Positions 36,401-49,418 of a stretch of DNA of 64,000 nucleotides are shown piece by piece. This DNA comes from Oopsacas minuta (Eukaryota > Animalia > Porifera). The notes under the pieces are model-generated. The model was given only the letters and a program-made list of their open reading frames with translations. It was not told the DNA's origin and searched no databases. The translations under genes and the position numbers were made by a program. The stretch lies in NCBI GenBank assembly GCA_024704765.1, contig JAKMXF010000255.1, forward strand, positions 434,001 through 498,000, given 5' to 3'. The stretch's first letter is position 1; every line of letters begins with the position of its first letter.

Positions 36401-39400
36401 GTGACGACATCACTGCTGATTTGCTTATTAGAAACATTCTCAACTAACTCGATGGGTTAGGTAAAATCTGTTACAATTATTTGTATGAAATCAGCTTGTG
36501 TAACATGATTCTTATTTTTGGTATCATGAGCGTTCACAATCGGACCGAATTACATTTTTTGGCTTTGAAGAACAAGTTAGCATGCAATAATTATGCTAAT
36601 ATGCAAAAATCATATATCAACTTATTAACTTGATTATAGCACATCTGGTAGGTTAACTACCACTGAGTACCACAAATATTTTAAATATTCATCTTGTCAG
36701 TCAATTAACCAATTACGTGTATTGGATTTCATACAAATTCTTCCTCTTCTATTTCTATTGAGAAATTATATTAATTTTTCGTATAGATTATAATTTAATA
36801 ACTTTTTACTAACTTGGCCTTGTCTAACATGTGTTGATATCCCTTATGATAATATTTATCAGATAGAAATACACATACAATAGCATTAGACGCTATTTGA
36901 ACAACATATGGGAGTCGGCTGGTATTCTCGTTATCTACACTCGACTGCTTATCACTGCAAATTTATGAACCGGTGACACTATCTATGCGTTGGTGGTACT
37001 TGAAATGTACCATGGTGATGTTTCTTCGTAAAATTATTATTTTGTTGAAAATTTATGTTCTCATATGATTTATTTAATAATGTAACTTTTCTGGTATAAA
37101 TTGAAATATAACATTGCATTGTATGACGTATTTGGTATAATATGTCTTAGATTATTATCGATGGTCTAGTGCGTCATATAAAATCTGAACTGTTCCTTTT
37201 CACACATGTTGACCCATTAATGACCGATCAATGAGAGGGAAATAAGGTTTCTACACTACTGTGGTATTATTATTTTTGACAATATTTAATACAAATAAGT
37301 TAGAACCATTCCAACAGAATTCGTGTAATTCAAGGTACAAATGTAACATACTACTTGATGAATTTTCCGTGTTTAATTGATAACGAAGCCGAATTTGGTT
37401 GTATTGATGTGAGCTACAAATTATGTCGAAATATTATGGCTTTTGTCAAATATTTGTAAATACTATTCCTCATGAACTTTAATTGTTTTTTTGATGTTGA
37501 GGTAATTCTTGTATTGAATGAGTTAATGTTTTTGCATTAGTATGCCTTACTACATCCACATTATTTTTGTATTAAGGATTTCCTTACGTAACGTTACGAA
37601 TTATTAATCATATGTTTGACTTACCTACGATTAGTATTGTGAATTCTAAACCTCTCTTCAAGTTTTTCTTAAATATTCTATCACTCAGCGTGTTAATCTG
37701 TAAGTAGGAGGATATAGGTATATTGTCCACGCCACAGGAGGAGACTTCTTTTATTCGTCCAATTGTAGTATCCTTTGGTTCCACAGGGGAGGGGAAGGGA
37801 AGCGACACAGGTATTTGAGGAGCTGTATCTACATTGATTGTTTCAATGATTGGCGGCTCTGGAATAGGTGAGCTACTGATTTGATCATAGACTGTATCTT
37901 CTATTGGTGTTACATCTTCCATGCTAGTTTTGATTTCTTGAGACTCTACTTGTACTGTTGGCTCTGCACTAGTTAAAGGTTTTGATTGTGCGCTGAGTTT
38001 TGGTTTAGGCTTTATGACTGGGGGCGGAGGGAATGTAATTTTATCTGTGGGAGTGCTGGTACTTGTTCCAGATTCAGATGGAGTAGGACTACTTGTGTGT
38101 GAATTAAACGGTGAATTGTTATTTAATGAGCTTATACTGGGACGTTTATTGGTATTCACTGGAGATACAGGTTTATTGTTACTACCCTCACTATAGTATC
38201 TGACCTTCTCTTTCGTATCGTTACCCTTTAGAATAGTGCAGGTGGTTGTTACAGACTTTCTGCCTGTAGTCATGGGAGGTGAATTTGAAGAGCGTGGGAT
38301 TTCTATCGTAGTTGTGTGTGATTTAACTGGGGAATCTAATGATAGAGATTGGTCTGATTCCTGACTGGATACGGAGTAGCAGGGCTGAGATCTGTCTGAG
38401 GAAGGGGAAGTTCTTATCTCTGAAGCATCTGAACTGCTAATGGGAGATTTGAGTATTTCACTTCTATCAGAAATACCAGAAGAGCTGGTATCTGATACTG
38501 TGGAGCCTATTGAAGTGTTACGTAATCTCCTGTTTGTGTCTAGCATATGTTTTGTAGGGGTAGTAGGTTGTGAATGAACTTGTTGCCTTTTGTACCGTGC
38601 TATAAGTGGACTGTTTGTTGGTTTGAAATCTGTATTCGCTTCTTTTGCAATGTTTTCTTTCCATTGCTTTAACCGTTCTGATACCAGGCCATCTGGTGGT
38701 GTAGTTTTCCTCTTTGTGAGATCTCGTGGTATATCTCTAGCACAGTTGAAAGATTGCTGCATTCTCAAAGTAGATCCTTTAATTGGAGCTGTATGAAATT
38801 ATGTATATTTGAATATATTGCAATGAATGTTCCAATATATATAAATAATAACTAGCAGTTCTCTTATATATACAGAATTGGATGTATATATTTTCACTGA
38901 CATTTTGTCTACATTTATAGTAGCTTAGGAACTTTGTATGGTACTATGCATTTGCTCTATAGTAATTGTGCTATGTATTTCATTGTGTTTTGTCCTTGCA
39001 TAATAATTAACCGAAGAGTCATACAACATATTCTATGCGTAAAACTAAGAATAACACATCAGTGCAGTGCAAACTTCATAGATTAGTAATAAATTTACAT
39101 TTTTCTTCGGCATTTCTGGAATGTCTACTCATATATTGTATTGTTGTGAAAATATTATCGATTTGAGAAATATTTCTATACACAAGCTATATTGCATTGT
39201 ACTATCGTAACAAGTAAGTATTTATTTGTTACAATTCCAAGAGCTGAAACAATGAAGCAACCTAATGGAATCAATATTTATTTATTGTAGCCTTGCGCTT
39301 TTCGTTGAATTTACATATATAATTACATTATCGAGACTAGCTCACAGAAGAATGTATGTATACTGTTTACTTCAGCCTACTCATAATCCATGATATCTGT

Positions 39401-40897
39401 TATATTTAGCGAATTTTTATAGATAATTATGACAAGGCCAAAGGTTCAATTCAAACGAAAGCGAACGCGAAAAGTGATAGACAAATCAAGTAATATACTA
39501 TTACATTAGGTGATAAATGAATTATTTCGTTATCTTGGTTTATTGCACCAACATTAATATGTATAAGGTAATGTCAATGGCGATTCAAAATAATTGCCAA
39601 TTTCTTGAATAACATTATACTTACTGACTGAATTATAATAATTAATGTTTTAACTAATCTAATTCGTCTACTGTATTTCTTGAATAGCAACGCAAACTAT
39701 ATCATTATTCTTAAGCCTTATTCGAACTACAATTTTAGTTATCGGCAGTGTGTATTGCGACGTTCAAACAGAGAGAATGCAAATTCATAAATTAGATACC
39801 CTCTCCTATGTCACGCTTCTTTGTAATACAAAAATGATAAGGCTGTAATCACCTAACCACTTACAACACTCCTTCATTAAAATATTTCTGTAACGCGAAG
39901 GCCATTAATATCTTATGGTTGTTCCTGCCTAAACCATGGATAATGTGAAGTAGAAAACTGAAAATTAATTAGTCAACAAAATACAGTGTAAGGTTGTTGT
40001 TTGCAAGGCAAACTTCTACGTGATAATTTTGGGCTAGACTATTTAATAATTTTGATTAGCAATCTGTCATTACAGTTCATTTTCACAATTCTAGCTATCC
40101 TTACAATTACAATAGGTATTTTCTTGTATGTAAATATATTCTGTTTCATAGTTTGCCGTATCGAGTAGCAACAAATATTCAGATACATTTAGTATGTATT
40201 CCGAGAATACGCTGATATATACAGTTATCAAACTGACTATCAAAACACTGGTCAGTAAAATGTTCTAGATGATCAGACTGCTATCCTAACCAAACAGCTG
40301 TGTTCACTATTCTGTCCGAATTTTCACAAAGGTTATGTTAGTAATGTTTAATTGAGATTTTGGATTGAAAGATATTTATTGCATTCATGAATAGTGAAAA
40401 TGTTCAATTTTCGCGACGTCTATGCCTGTGTGTATACGTGTACGTCTACTGACTGTATGATTATTCTATCCATTACTGCTACAACAAGTAGTTTGTTATC
40501 ACTAGTCTAGAATTTGCAATCAATATTTATTAAGTTTTATGTGTTTTCCAATGTAAGCAAGTGATACTTACATTTTTTAGCCCTATACTTAGCATAATAA
40601 TGTCCTACATTGATTAAATGCCCACTGACAAGACTATATATTCTCTGTTCGTATGAATAATATAATCAATCGTTTTTATGTATGTGGACCAGTCAATAAC
40701 TTACCTATTGGTTCATTTTCTTCATCTGTCAGCAAGCTGCTGATATTCTGAGTACTCGGGCTCTTTTTCCTGATAATTAGTCTCCGCTTTGAGTTGGGAG
40801 TATTAGCTTCAGGTGTCCCTGGTTCAGATTGAATTATGACGTCAGGAAATGTCAAGCATGGACTATCCGGAATATACACATTTTCAAGTTGATCCAT
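27445..40897 (-). CDS. SEPT9: Septin, SEPT9/SEPT3-group-like with long Pro/Ser-rich N-terminus; exons 40897-40705, 38788-37625, 35243-35157, 34957-34834, 33663-33529, 30045-29928, 29296-29204, 29041-28945, 28755-28704, 28315-28220 and tentative last exon 27490-27445
   Basis: Phase-consistent splicing gives [15 protein letters not shown] (G1), DTPGFGD (G3), [17 protein letters not shown] (G4), GREYPWG and VENPEHCDF (septin unique element). No C-terminal coiled coil is seen. The last exon is less certain. Confidence 0.85.
30542..33040 (+). CDS. CDC20: APC/C activator CDC20/fizzy; exons 30542-30861, 31438-31795, 31887-32398, 32662-33040; nested antisense in a septin intron
   Basis: C-box-like (C)RYIPNR across the exon 1/2 junction, [21 protein letters not shown]40 repeats ([26 protein letters not shown]) and the C-terminal IR tail. 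Confidence 0.92.
33785..33921. repeat. Short foldback element in septin intron
   Basis: Arms of about 55 bp: tttgcagaaattggtcccccctacgaaaatggtccgggggaccattttctgcaaa and its imperfect reverse complement. Confidence 0.75.
35805..36270. mobile_element. Degenerate hAT-like non-autonomous element
   Basis: GC-rich ends with gcggcccgcggg / gcgggccgcggg subterminal motifs typical of hAT MITEs. TIR and TSD are not cleanly identifiable. Confidence 0.35.
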
Positions 40898-41693
40898 AAT
40901 TTACGATTTCTTTGTTAGAGATCATTTAAATAGTAATTTATAGTGACTAATATAGGAAATAAGATATCTTGTAGACACGTCCACCTCTAATACATGAGTA
41001 CTATCAATTCCTACTTTACTCCACCCTTGTAGCTCTTTGTATAAATGAATTACGCACTTATGTTTAGAAGGATAACTCCTTTGATACTTGTCAAAGTTTA
41101 TCTCATCCTACATCTCATTAACTTTATATAATTTGTGTCGTATAAACTGTATTCAGTAATATGTTAACTCATCTTTTAAATCATTAAGTAGTGTTAGGAG
41201 GAGTTATCAGATATAAGGTGAAAGTTTGAATTACCAAGTCAGTGTTGGATTAAACCTTTAGGAGTTATTAACAGGCACTATGTATTACAATATTTGATGA
41301 ATTAACAGTAATATTTGTTATAATGATTGGTTTGTAGATATTATTTGTTAAATATGAAAGAAAAATAAAAAGACACAATCAACTTTGCTTAATTATGGCA
41401 CAAGTTAATCAGGACACATCTCCAGGAAGGATGACTCAATCGAGTAAACATTTGATAAGGTAACGTACACTACATTCACAAAGTATTGGAATTTGTACTT
41501 AGTATTTTAATGAAATTTTGCACACATCAAATTCGGAAAATCCATAAAATTCTTAAAGGAAATGAATTACCAAGAATATAACGCTAGTAATTAATCCATT
41601 GATAATGTATTCTTCGGGTTAATTCTACGTTTATTTGGAACAGACTTGTCCCAATTAAGCGCAGCCGATTAAATATATCATAAATGTTAAGCA

Positions 41694-41767
41694 CAGTCAA
41701 ACCTCTCTATAGTGAACACCCTAGGAACCGAAGTTATTGTTCACTAGCAGAGGTTTCACTATAAATA
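41694..41767. mobile_element. Truncated left end of the pogo/Tigger family seen at 42158
   Basis: CAGTCAAACCTCTCTATAGTGAACACCCT resembles the 42158 terminus and stops at the TA where the next element begins. Confidence 0.55.
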
Positions 41768-41769
41768 TA

Positions 41770-44539
41770 CAGTGGATGCCGCTTAATCGGAACAGCTCGG
41801 GAGTCAATGTTTAGTCCCGATTAACCGATTATGATTATTTAAGTATTCAAAACTAGTTTTTCATTGTCACATGACCAGATATATCTTATTTCTATATTAC
41901 TAATCCTGATTTATCTAGATCTAGTAGAGATTTGGTTGTAGTATGGGTATAGTTCCGCTTCAAGAGGTCATAGAATGCGTTACGCTATATACTTAGAAAG
42001 TAAGAAAATAAAGTTTAAATAATAATGCACGTGCTTATTACTGTAACCCATGCAAAACGTTTGGATATCCAACAGTCTAGTCATTATTGAGGGAATTATA
42101 CACGGTGGAATAGCCAATTGAACCTGAGGCGAGTGAGCAATGTTAATAATCTTAGTACAGTCAAACCTCTCCATAGTGAACACCCTCGGGACCGATTTTT
42201 TTGTTCATTATAGCGAGGTGTTCATTAATGAGAGGTTACATTGAAATAGTATAACAATGAAATTTTAATAAGCTATATGAAATGTATTATGATTTAAGTA
42301 TGCAATGTTAATGTGTTTTTAGCTATTAATTAATTTTCTCCAAATAATCAGTAAGTTTTGACTGCCTTTGACATGTTCCTTCTGATATTAGCTCTTTGAT
42401 TGCTGATTCAGCTTTCATTACAGCTCCAAACACCTTACTGTCGTTATTGCTGAATGTCTTTATTACATCCAATGAATACAGTACTTCTTTTACTGTTGGA
42501 GCTTTTGAGATTGGAATATCTGAGTCGCTTTCTTCATCCAATTCTAATGTTTCATTGTCTGCTGGTGATAAATAATTTTCTATTAGCTGTGTTTCCCAAT
42601 CATCATCAGTATATGCATGCAGTAATTGTTCCTCTTCATCGATATTCATGAAGTTAATTCCTGAACAACATTCGATTCCAAGACTGGAAGACAAATCATC
42701 AATCATATTTTGGATATTTTCTTCATGGTCAAGATTTGCGTGTTCATAGAAACCAAATCCAGCATTTGCGAAACATTTCTGAATAGTTTCAGATTTGACA
42801 TTTTCCCAAGCTTGGGCTGCCCAATACAACGCATGCTTAACTGTGATCGATTTAATTAGTCCTTGCCCAGAATCACAAGATTCAACTCTGCTTAGTACAT
42901 CCATTAAGAGGATCTTCCTATAAGAAAGTTTCATAGACTGTATAATTCCTTGATCCATTGGCTGTAATTGGGATGTACAATTTGCAGGAAAAAACTTTTA
43001 ACTCAATATTACTAAATACTGAATGAGGATGACTTGTAGCATTATCAATGAATACAAGAATCTTTCTCTTTTGTCGCTTCATTTTATTGTTGATATCCTT
43101 CAACCATTCTGCAAATATACAACTATTCATCCAAGCCTTTTTGTTTGCTTTCCATTGCACCGGCATTTGACTAAAGTCCATGTGTTTGAAGCACCTAGGA
43201 TTCTGACTTTTCCCTATCATCAATAGTTTCAATTTTTCCGTACCCGACATATTCGCACACAAAAGAATTGTCAACCTATCCTTTGACGTCTTTGTTCCGT
43301 TGCAAATTTTGTTTTTCTCTACAAGAGACTTAGTTGGCAAAACCTTATAGTAGAGACCTGTTTCATCACAATTGAAAATATCTTCAGGGCTGTAACCACC
43401 TATTATCGTATGTAATTGTTGCTTCCATGTATCAACAGTCCCCGGATCAACACTGGCACTTTCACCGCATAGTGTCTTGAATGCTATATTGTACCTTGAC
43501 CTGAACTTTTCCAACCAGCCATTAGAGGCTTTGAATGGTATACCTAGTTGTTCGGCAAAATCTATGCCCTTTGCTTGTAAGATAGGTCCTGAAATTGGTA
43601 TATTCTTTGATCTAGCTGTTACAAACCACTGCCAAATAAGATCATTAACTTCACAATGACTAGACAATCTAACTCGCTTCATTTGTGGGTTACAGTTTTC
43701 TTCGCAAGCCATTTGGATTTCCTGTTTCTTCTTAAGAATGTTATTTACAGCTCCCACAGATATACCAAATCGATCAGCTACATCACGCTGGCTGTGCGTT
43801 GAGGCAAATTCTATTACATTGAGCTTTTCGGATATTGTAAGATTTTTCCTTTTTAGTGACATCACGGATAGATGGCTAAAATAACCTGAGTTGGTAGAGT
43901 AATTCTAAACTACGTATTAGTACGTTATACGTTGGCAATTGATAACTTATTAGTAGTATATGCATATGTGACATTATCTTTTCACGCTTTTCATATAACA
44001 CTGTTTATTTTGTATTCAGAAACCTGACCCATGTTCACTAATTGGAGGTTCATTCTAATTGAGATACTTATGAAATGTTCAAATAAGGTGTTCACTATTC
44101 ACAGTATAGAGGTGTTCATTAAAGAGAGGTTCTTATAAATATTATTTGATAGGGAAATATTTGGGACCAGAATATAGTGTTCACTATTTGGAGGTGTTCA
44201 CTAATGAGAGGTGTTCACTATTGGAGGTTTGACTGTAGAGTAAATGGTAATCGCATCGGTGTTGTATTGTTATGGTTGTAGATAATATTCAAATTCCTAG
44301 TTTTAAAACAAACCATTTTACAATAATACTGAATAAATATACAATCGTTTAATTGGGATAGAAATCCCAATTAAGTGAATATAATTCATACTGGTTAATC
44401 GGGATAATAAATCCCGATTTACTGATTCAATGTCCCAATTATCCGACGATTTTTCTATATAAAAAATCTGTTCCCAAACCATTGTCCCGTTTAAGCGGAT
44501 ATCCCGATTATCCGAGTCCCGATTAAGCGGCTTCCACTG
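41770..44539. mobile_element. Outer non-autonomous pogo-type element, interrupted by the 42158-44235 insertion
   Basis: TA|CAGTGGATGCCGCTTAATCGG ... CCGATTAAGCGGCTTCCACTG|TA; one mismatch in 21 bp. Confidence 0.75.
42158..44235 (-). mobile_element. pogo/Tigger (TIGD-like) DNA transposon; transposase 43865-42326 with one frameshift near 42989-42999
   Basis: TA|CAGTCAAACCTC...GAGGTTTGACTG|TA with repeated tgttcacta motifs. CENP-B-type HTH (FKASNGWLEKF) and DDD residues in FNCDETG, FIDNATSH and LQPMDQGII. Confidence 0.92.
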
Positions 44540-44670
44540 TATTAGCAAAGTTATTGAAAGGAATATTTCCTTTCATAATCTGTATATACTGTAATAATTG
44601 CATTATTTCAATATTTATTATGTTATTGTCATACATCTTTGGGGATATAATTGAAATCTATTCTATTAAG

Positions 44671-46977
44671 CAGGGGTCTTCAACCTGCGGCTCGCGATGA
44701 TAAAGCGTGCGGCTCGCGGGATAATTCTTGTTTTTGTTTATTTTGTCTTCACTTTGTTAATTTTGAAATTTGTTGTATTTTATTCAACAGATATTGTGAA
44801 TATACTTAAATATTAGCACTTTTTTGTTTCCCAATTCTGGAAACCTTGATGGTGTTTAAAGTGTATAGAAGACCTTTGTTGTCTTCAGTAATTAATTTAA
44901 GTCTTCAGTCAATATTCAAATACAAATACAAGTATAAATCAGAAGTATTTGACAATATACAATTTCATTTTCGGATTTCAAATACTCTCCAAATACACAT
45001 TTTTTATTATTCATTAATTATTTACGTATCCACTATGGCTACTTCTACGTCGAAAAAGCGGAAGATATAAGAAGAAAATCGGTCATTCAAGATAGAATGG
45101 GAAATAAAGTATTTTTTCGTGGAGGACAGTGGCAAGTTCATTTGTCTAATATGCCGTGAAACAATAGCTTCCGCTAAAAAAGGAAACTTTGAAAGGCATT
45201 ACAATACCAAACACCAATCAAATTTTGTGGGAATTCTTGGGGAATCACGAAAGACTAAACTAGACAATCTTAAAAGAAACTTGAAGAGTGAACAATCAAT
45301 CTTTTCAAAAAATGATAATTCGGTTAAGTCTATCACAGCAGTTAGCTTTGCTATCAGTAATATAATCGCGAAACGTATGAAACCATTTACGGATGGTGAA
45401 TTTATAAAGGAATGTCTAAATGAATTCGCTGATCAATGTTGTCCAGACAAAAAACAACTAATACAGCAGGTATCCTTGAGCGCTACGACAGTAATGCGTC
45501 GAGTGGAATCAATTTCAAAAAATATTCATACACAACTATTGGAAAAGACAAGTTGTTTTAGTTTCTGTAGCTTGGCACTTGATGGAAGTAAAGATATTTG
45601 TGATGTTGAACAATTGGCAATCTGGATAAGAGGCGTTGATGAAAACTTCAACATTACCGAGGAATTACTGTCTCTGCGTTCTATGCATGGAAGAACTCGT
45701 GGCATTGATATTTTCGAAGAGTTTCTTAAGATTGTGTCGGAAAACAACATTCCTGCCTTAAAGTTATCTGGCATTTCAACAGATGGAGCTCCATCAATGC
45801 TTAGTACAGGCACAGGATTTAAAGGTCAAGTTCTACGATGGTTGACAGAAAATAATGTGACAGAAATATCATGGTGTCACTGTATTATTCATCAAGAGGC
45901 CCTATGTGCGAAAACACTTGGACTGGAAAATGTTATGAAGTTGATAGTAGACGTTGTAAATTTTATCAGATCTAAAGGAGTGAATCATAGAGAATTTAAA
46001 GAATTTTTGAAAGATCTCGATTCAGATTACGGAGATGTATTATATTTTATAAGTGTTAGGTGGCTGAGTAGAGGAGTAGTTCTTGAAAGAGTTTGGGAAT
46101 TACGAGATGAAATATCAAGTCTCTTAGCCTCAAAGGGCAAGAAAGTTCCTGAATTCGAAGATACAAATTGGATTAGCGACTTTGCCTTCCTTGTAGATAT
46201 GACTACACACCTAAATATTCTAAATTCCACACTTCAGGGAAAGAACAAGTTGATTCATGAACTTTATGCCACAATTCGAAGTTTTGAGATGAAACTCGCT
46301 CTATTTAAGTTACAGCTTAAAAATAACAATTTTTCTCATTTTCCAGCACTAAAGTCACAAGATAGCCGATGGAAACAAATATGCTGAAATTATTTCAAAT
46401 CTCCAAGAAAACTTTGATACTCGATTTGGAGATTTTAGAAATCAACAACAAAGCTTCGAGATTTTTGCACAGCCTTTCAGTTTTGATCCGCAATATGCTC
46501 CACAGGAGCTTCAACTTGAACTCATAGACCTGCAGTCTAGCATAGATCTCAAGGCAGACTTCAAGGATGTTGGAGTAATTAATTTCTATAAAACTCTTCC
46601 TTCAGATATCTATCCTGCTATTTTAAAACACGCAAGAAGGATAGCTAGTTTACTTGGAAGCACTTACACTTGCGAGGCATTTTTCTCTAAAATGAAATAT
46701 ATCAAGAATAAATATAGAACTAATTTGACTGATGACCACCTCCAAGACGTTCTTCGTATTTCATCGACTGATATGAAACCTAATATAGATGGCATCTTAA
46801 TACAACAACAAAAACAGTACCAACCTTCACATTAATATTTTACTCTGATAAATTACTCATAATAATACAGTACTATATTAATATATAGAATACATAATCC
46901 TTAACTTTTAATGCGGCTCGCCAATCTAATACGAAACTAATATTTGGCTCATAGAAGAAAAAGGTTGAAGACCCCTG
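44671..46977 (+). mobile_element. hAT transposon (GTF2IRD2/SPIN/Buster-like); transposase 45035-46835 with stop 45068-45070 and a frameshift near 46365
   Basis: Perfect 16-bp TIR CAGGGGTCTTCAACCT and perfect 8-bp TSD ctattaag (44663-44670, 46978-46985). BED-like CLIC...RHY...H, LALDGSKD, STDGAPSM, CIIHQEAL, VRWLS and STYTCEAFFS. Confidence 0.95.
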
Positions 46978-47104
46978 CTATTAAGTATTCATTATCAACT
47001 ACATTCTTGAAATTTTGCCTCGAGATAGAGATAAGTATATATAGAGAGTTCTCAATTCAGGAATAATTACGAAGATTTATTTCCCTATATAGAATTTGAG
47101 ACAA

Positions 47105-48265
47105 ATGATATCACTCTTCCAGTTGGTAACAGAGATCACCCCTCTCGTTATATTTCCATACACAATAATCGCATTAATTGTAACAACCTATTACGCCTAT
47201 CAGAAATATCTAATACTTGGAGAAATTCGGAATATTCCATATTCGACCATTTTTTGCAAAGATTTATATAAAGTTAAGAAGAATTTGCAGCTTCAATCCA
47301 TGGTTTACAGTTTTATTCTCTTTCTATTAATCTTAGAGATAGTAATAAACAATCTCTTTTGAAAGTGCTGTAATTAGCAAATATGATTTTCACAATATTC
47401 ATTCAGAACCCATCAACATATCGAATTCGTGTATTCTCAGAGATCCTGGTTTACTCGGTTTATTCTACAACTCAGTTCTACTTGTAACATTCACATTCAA
47501 TGTTACTAAAGTTATATTTGCTTTAACTCCAATTATACTTTCTCTCTTCTTCACCATCCTTAGAAGTATATACCTAAACCATCCATACAACAGATCTATC
47601 AGTATATACAGGCTATACATTGTACTAAGATTGATCCTGATGACGTCATTAGCTAGTTTCATGCAAACTTCGTATTTAGACAGCTGCTACTGTTTCCGTT
47701 TGGCCTGATTGATTCGTTAATATACATATCTTCATCTCATAAATTCTATCTTTTGCTAAAAGGCTTGAGAGATGAGGCCCGTTGGCATTCAACTGAGCAG
47801 GAATATGTAGTGAGGAAATCAAATGTAGATCAATTCTTTTATGCTCAAATCACTACTTTATTTGTTTTCGTATTATTGCTGTTTGATATCATTCTCATTT
47901 TTATTGAGGTTCCACTCAAAATATATTCGTATAACCCTTGCTTCTTGCCTTATATCACTCTCGATTTTATTCCATCAATACAGTTCTCTCAATTATCACC
48001 AATTTTCACTTTAACTCTCAATCGATACTGCGTAATCATTAGATGTATCCTTGCCACTATAGTAGAAGTAGTGTTGATATCTATTCATATTGCAGTTTGT
48101 GGGGCTATTATTTTAAAACTTCTCAGAAGGCGCAAAATGTTTAACAACATCAATGATGAGGTAACTCGTCCTCTGATGGAGCGATACAGAGCTACTTTTG
48201 ACGTCAGTACCAGGTATCGTATACAGAGACCTCCATTTATACAATTTGCCAGATCTGTTTCTTAA
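47105..48265 (+). pseudogene. Orphan multi-pass membrane protein (about 386 aa) with two compensating 1-bp frameshifts; pseudogene or assembly error
   Basis: ORFs 47096-47362 and 47753-48265 share a frame. The intervening DNA reads openly in the +1 frame (ESAVISKYDF...IFALTPIILSLFFTILRSIYLNHPY...LRLILMTSLASF). Shifts fall at T runs near 47357-47360 and 47676-47678. Confidence 0.6.
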
Positions 48266-48942
48266 CACGCTTCTGCCAGTTATAATTACCAGATTTTAAT
48301 CCATGTTTGACTGAATGTGTATGTTTTTACAGCCAAGTTCTTTTGTTTATAATTATAAGCTTGTTTGATTTTCATAATATTTTATGAAAAAATAATCAAT
48401 ACTATTAAATCTCAATTGTTTTCTGTTTGTTTACTGTTGTTTGTCCGTTGTCAAGGAAAGGATTTATGGTATGCAATTTTGAAATTGTCGCATAACTATG
48501 TATTTATCGTGTCTATCAAGTAAGTAAATAGAATTCAATAAAACTTCACTAAATATATCGAACATGCTGAATCCGATTTTCGCACTTTTGGGTTAATCAT
48601 ATGTAAATTTATTGTTGTTTTTATTAATATAAAGTAAACAAATTAGCCAAATTTCAAAATATATGTACAGGCTTGTTCTAAACGGCTACACAGGGCTAAC
48701 ATATGTTTCTAATGAATGGCATTAACTAAGGTCTGTAATCCTGTATAGATATAGCTACAGTTGACGTCCAGTGCAGTAATTCTATTCCTTAGGCTAGGCT
48801 CAGGGGATTTCAATATCATTTCGGTATAATTATCACACATGTAATATATCTGTATCCTTAGCTAATCAGGGCAGTACAACTTGAACTCTAATATTATTCT
48901 ATTATCTCTCTATATTGTTATAACTAGCTAGAATTTTCCTGT

Positions 48943-49418
48943 ATGGATCCTCAACAAGCTCAATTGTTTGCATCTGTTGAGGTAGAAATGATGACAGATC
49001 TATATGACAGGTAATGAAGTGCCAGCATTCGGCGCCTGTTCTGCTGTCAACCTTTTTTTACATAGAAACAATGTACTCAATAATCATATATCTAAAATCG
49101 ATAAAATGACCATCTCGTCCCTGAAATTCCTTTGTAAAATCTTGCTGGCCAGGAACTGCTGACGATTGATATGATGCACGTGAATACGTGATCTTTTCTT
49201 ATTCAGATTTCGATCTTCCATTTAATTAATCTACTTTTAGGCTAACAAACACATGCTTTAAGAAATGTATCCCATTGAGGTTCCATGATAGCGACCTAAC
49301 GAAGGGGGAGACAGTGTGTATAGACAGATGTGTTGCCAAATACATGGAGATTCATGAAGAGGTAGGAAAGAAGTTAGTAGAGCTACAACAACAAGAATCT
49401 GCTGCTAAACCCTCTTAG
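48943..49418 (+). CDS. TIMM10: Mitochondrial small Tim chaperone Tim10; exons 48943-49010 and 49241-49418; 81 aa; absent from the ORF track
   Basis: MDPQQAQLFASVEVEMMTDLYDR|LTNTCFKKCIPLRFHDSDLTKGETVCIDRCVAKYMEIHEEVGKKL, with twin CX3C motif and a GT-AG phase-2 intron. Confidence 0.93.
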
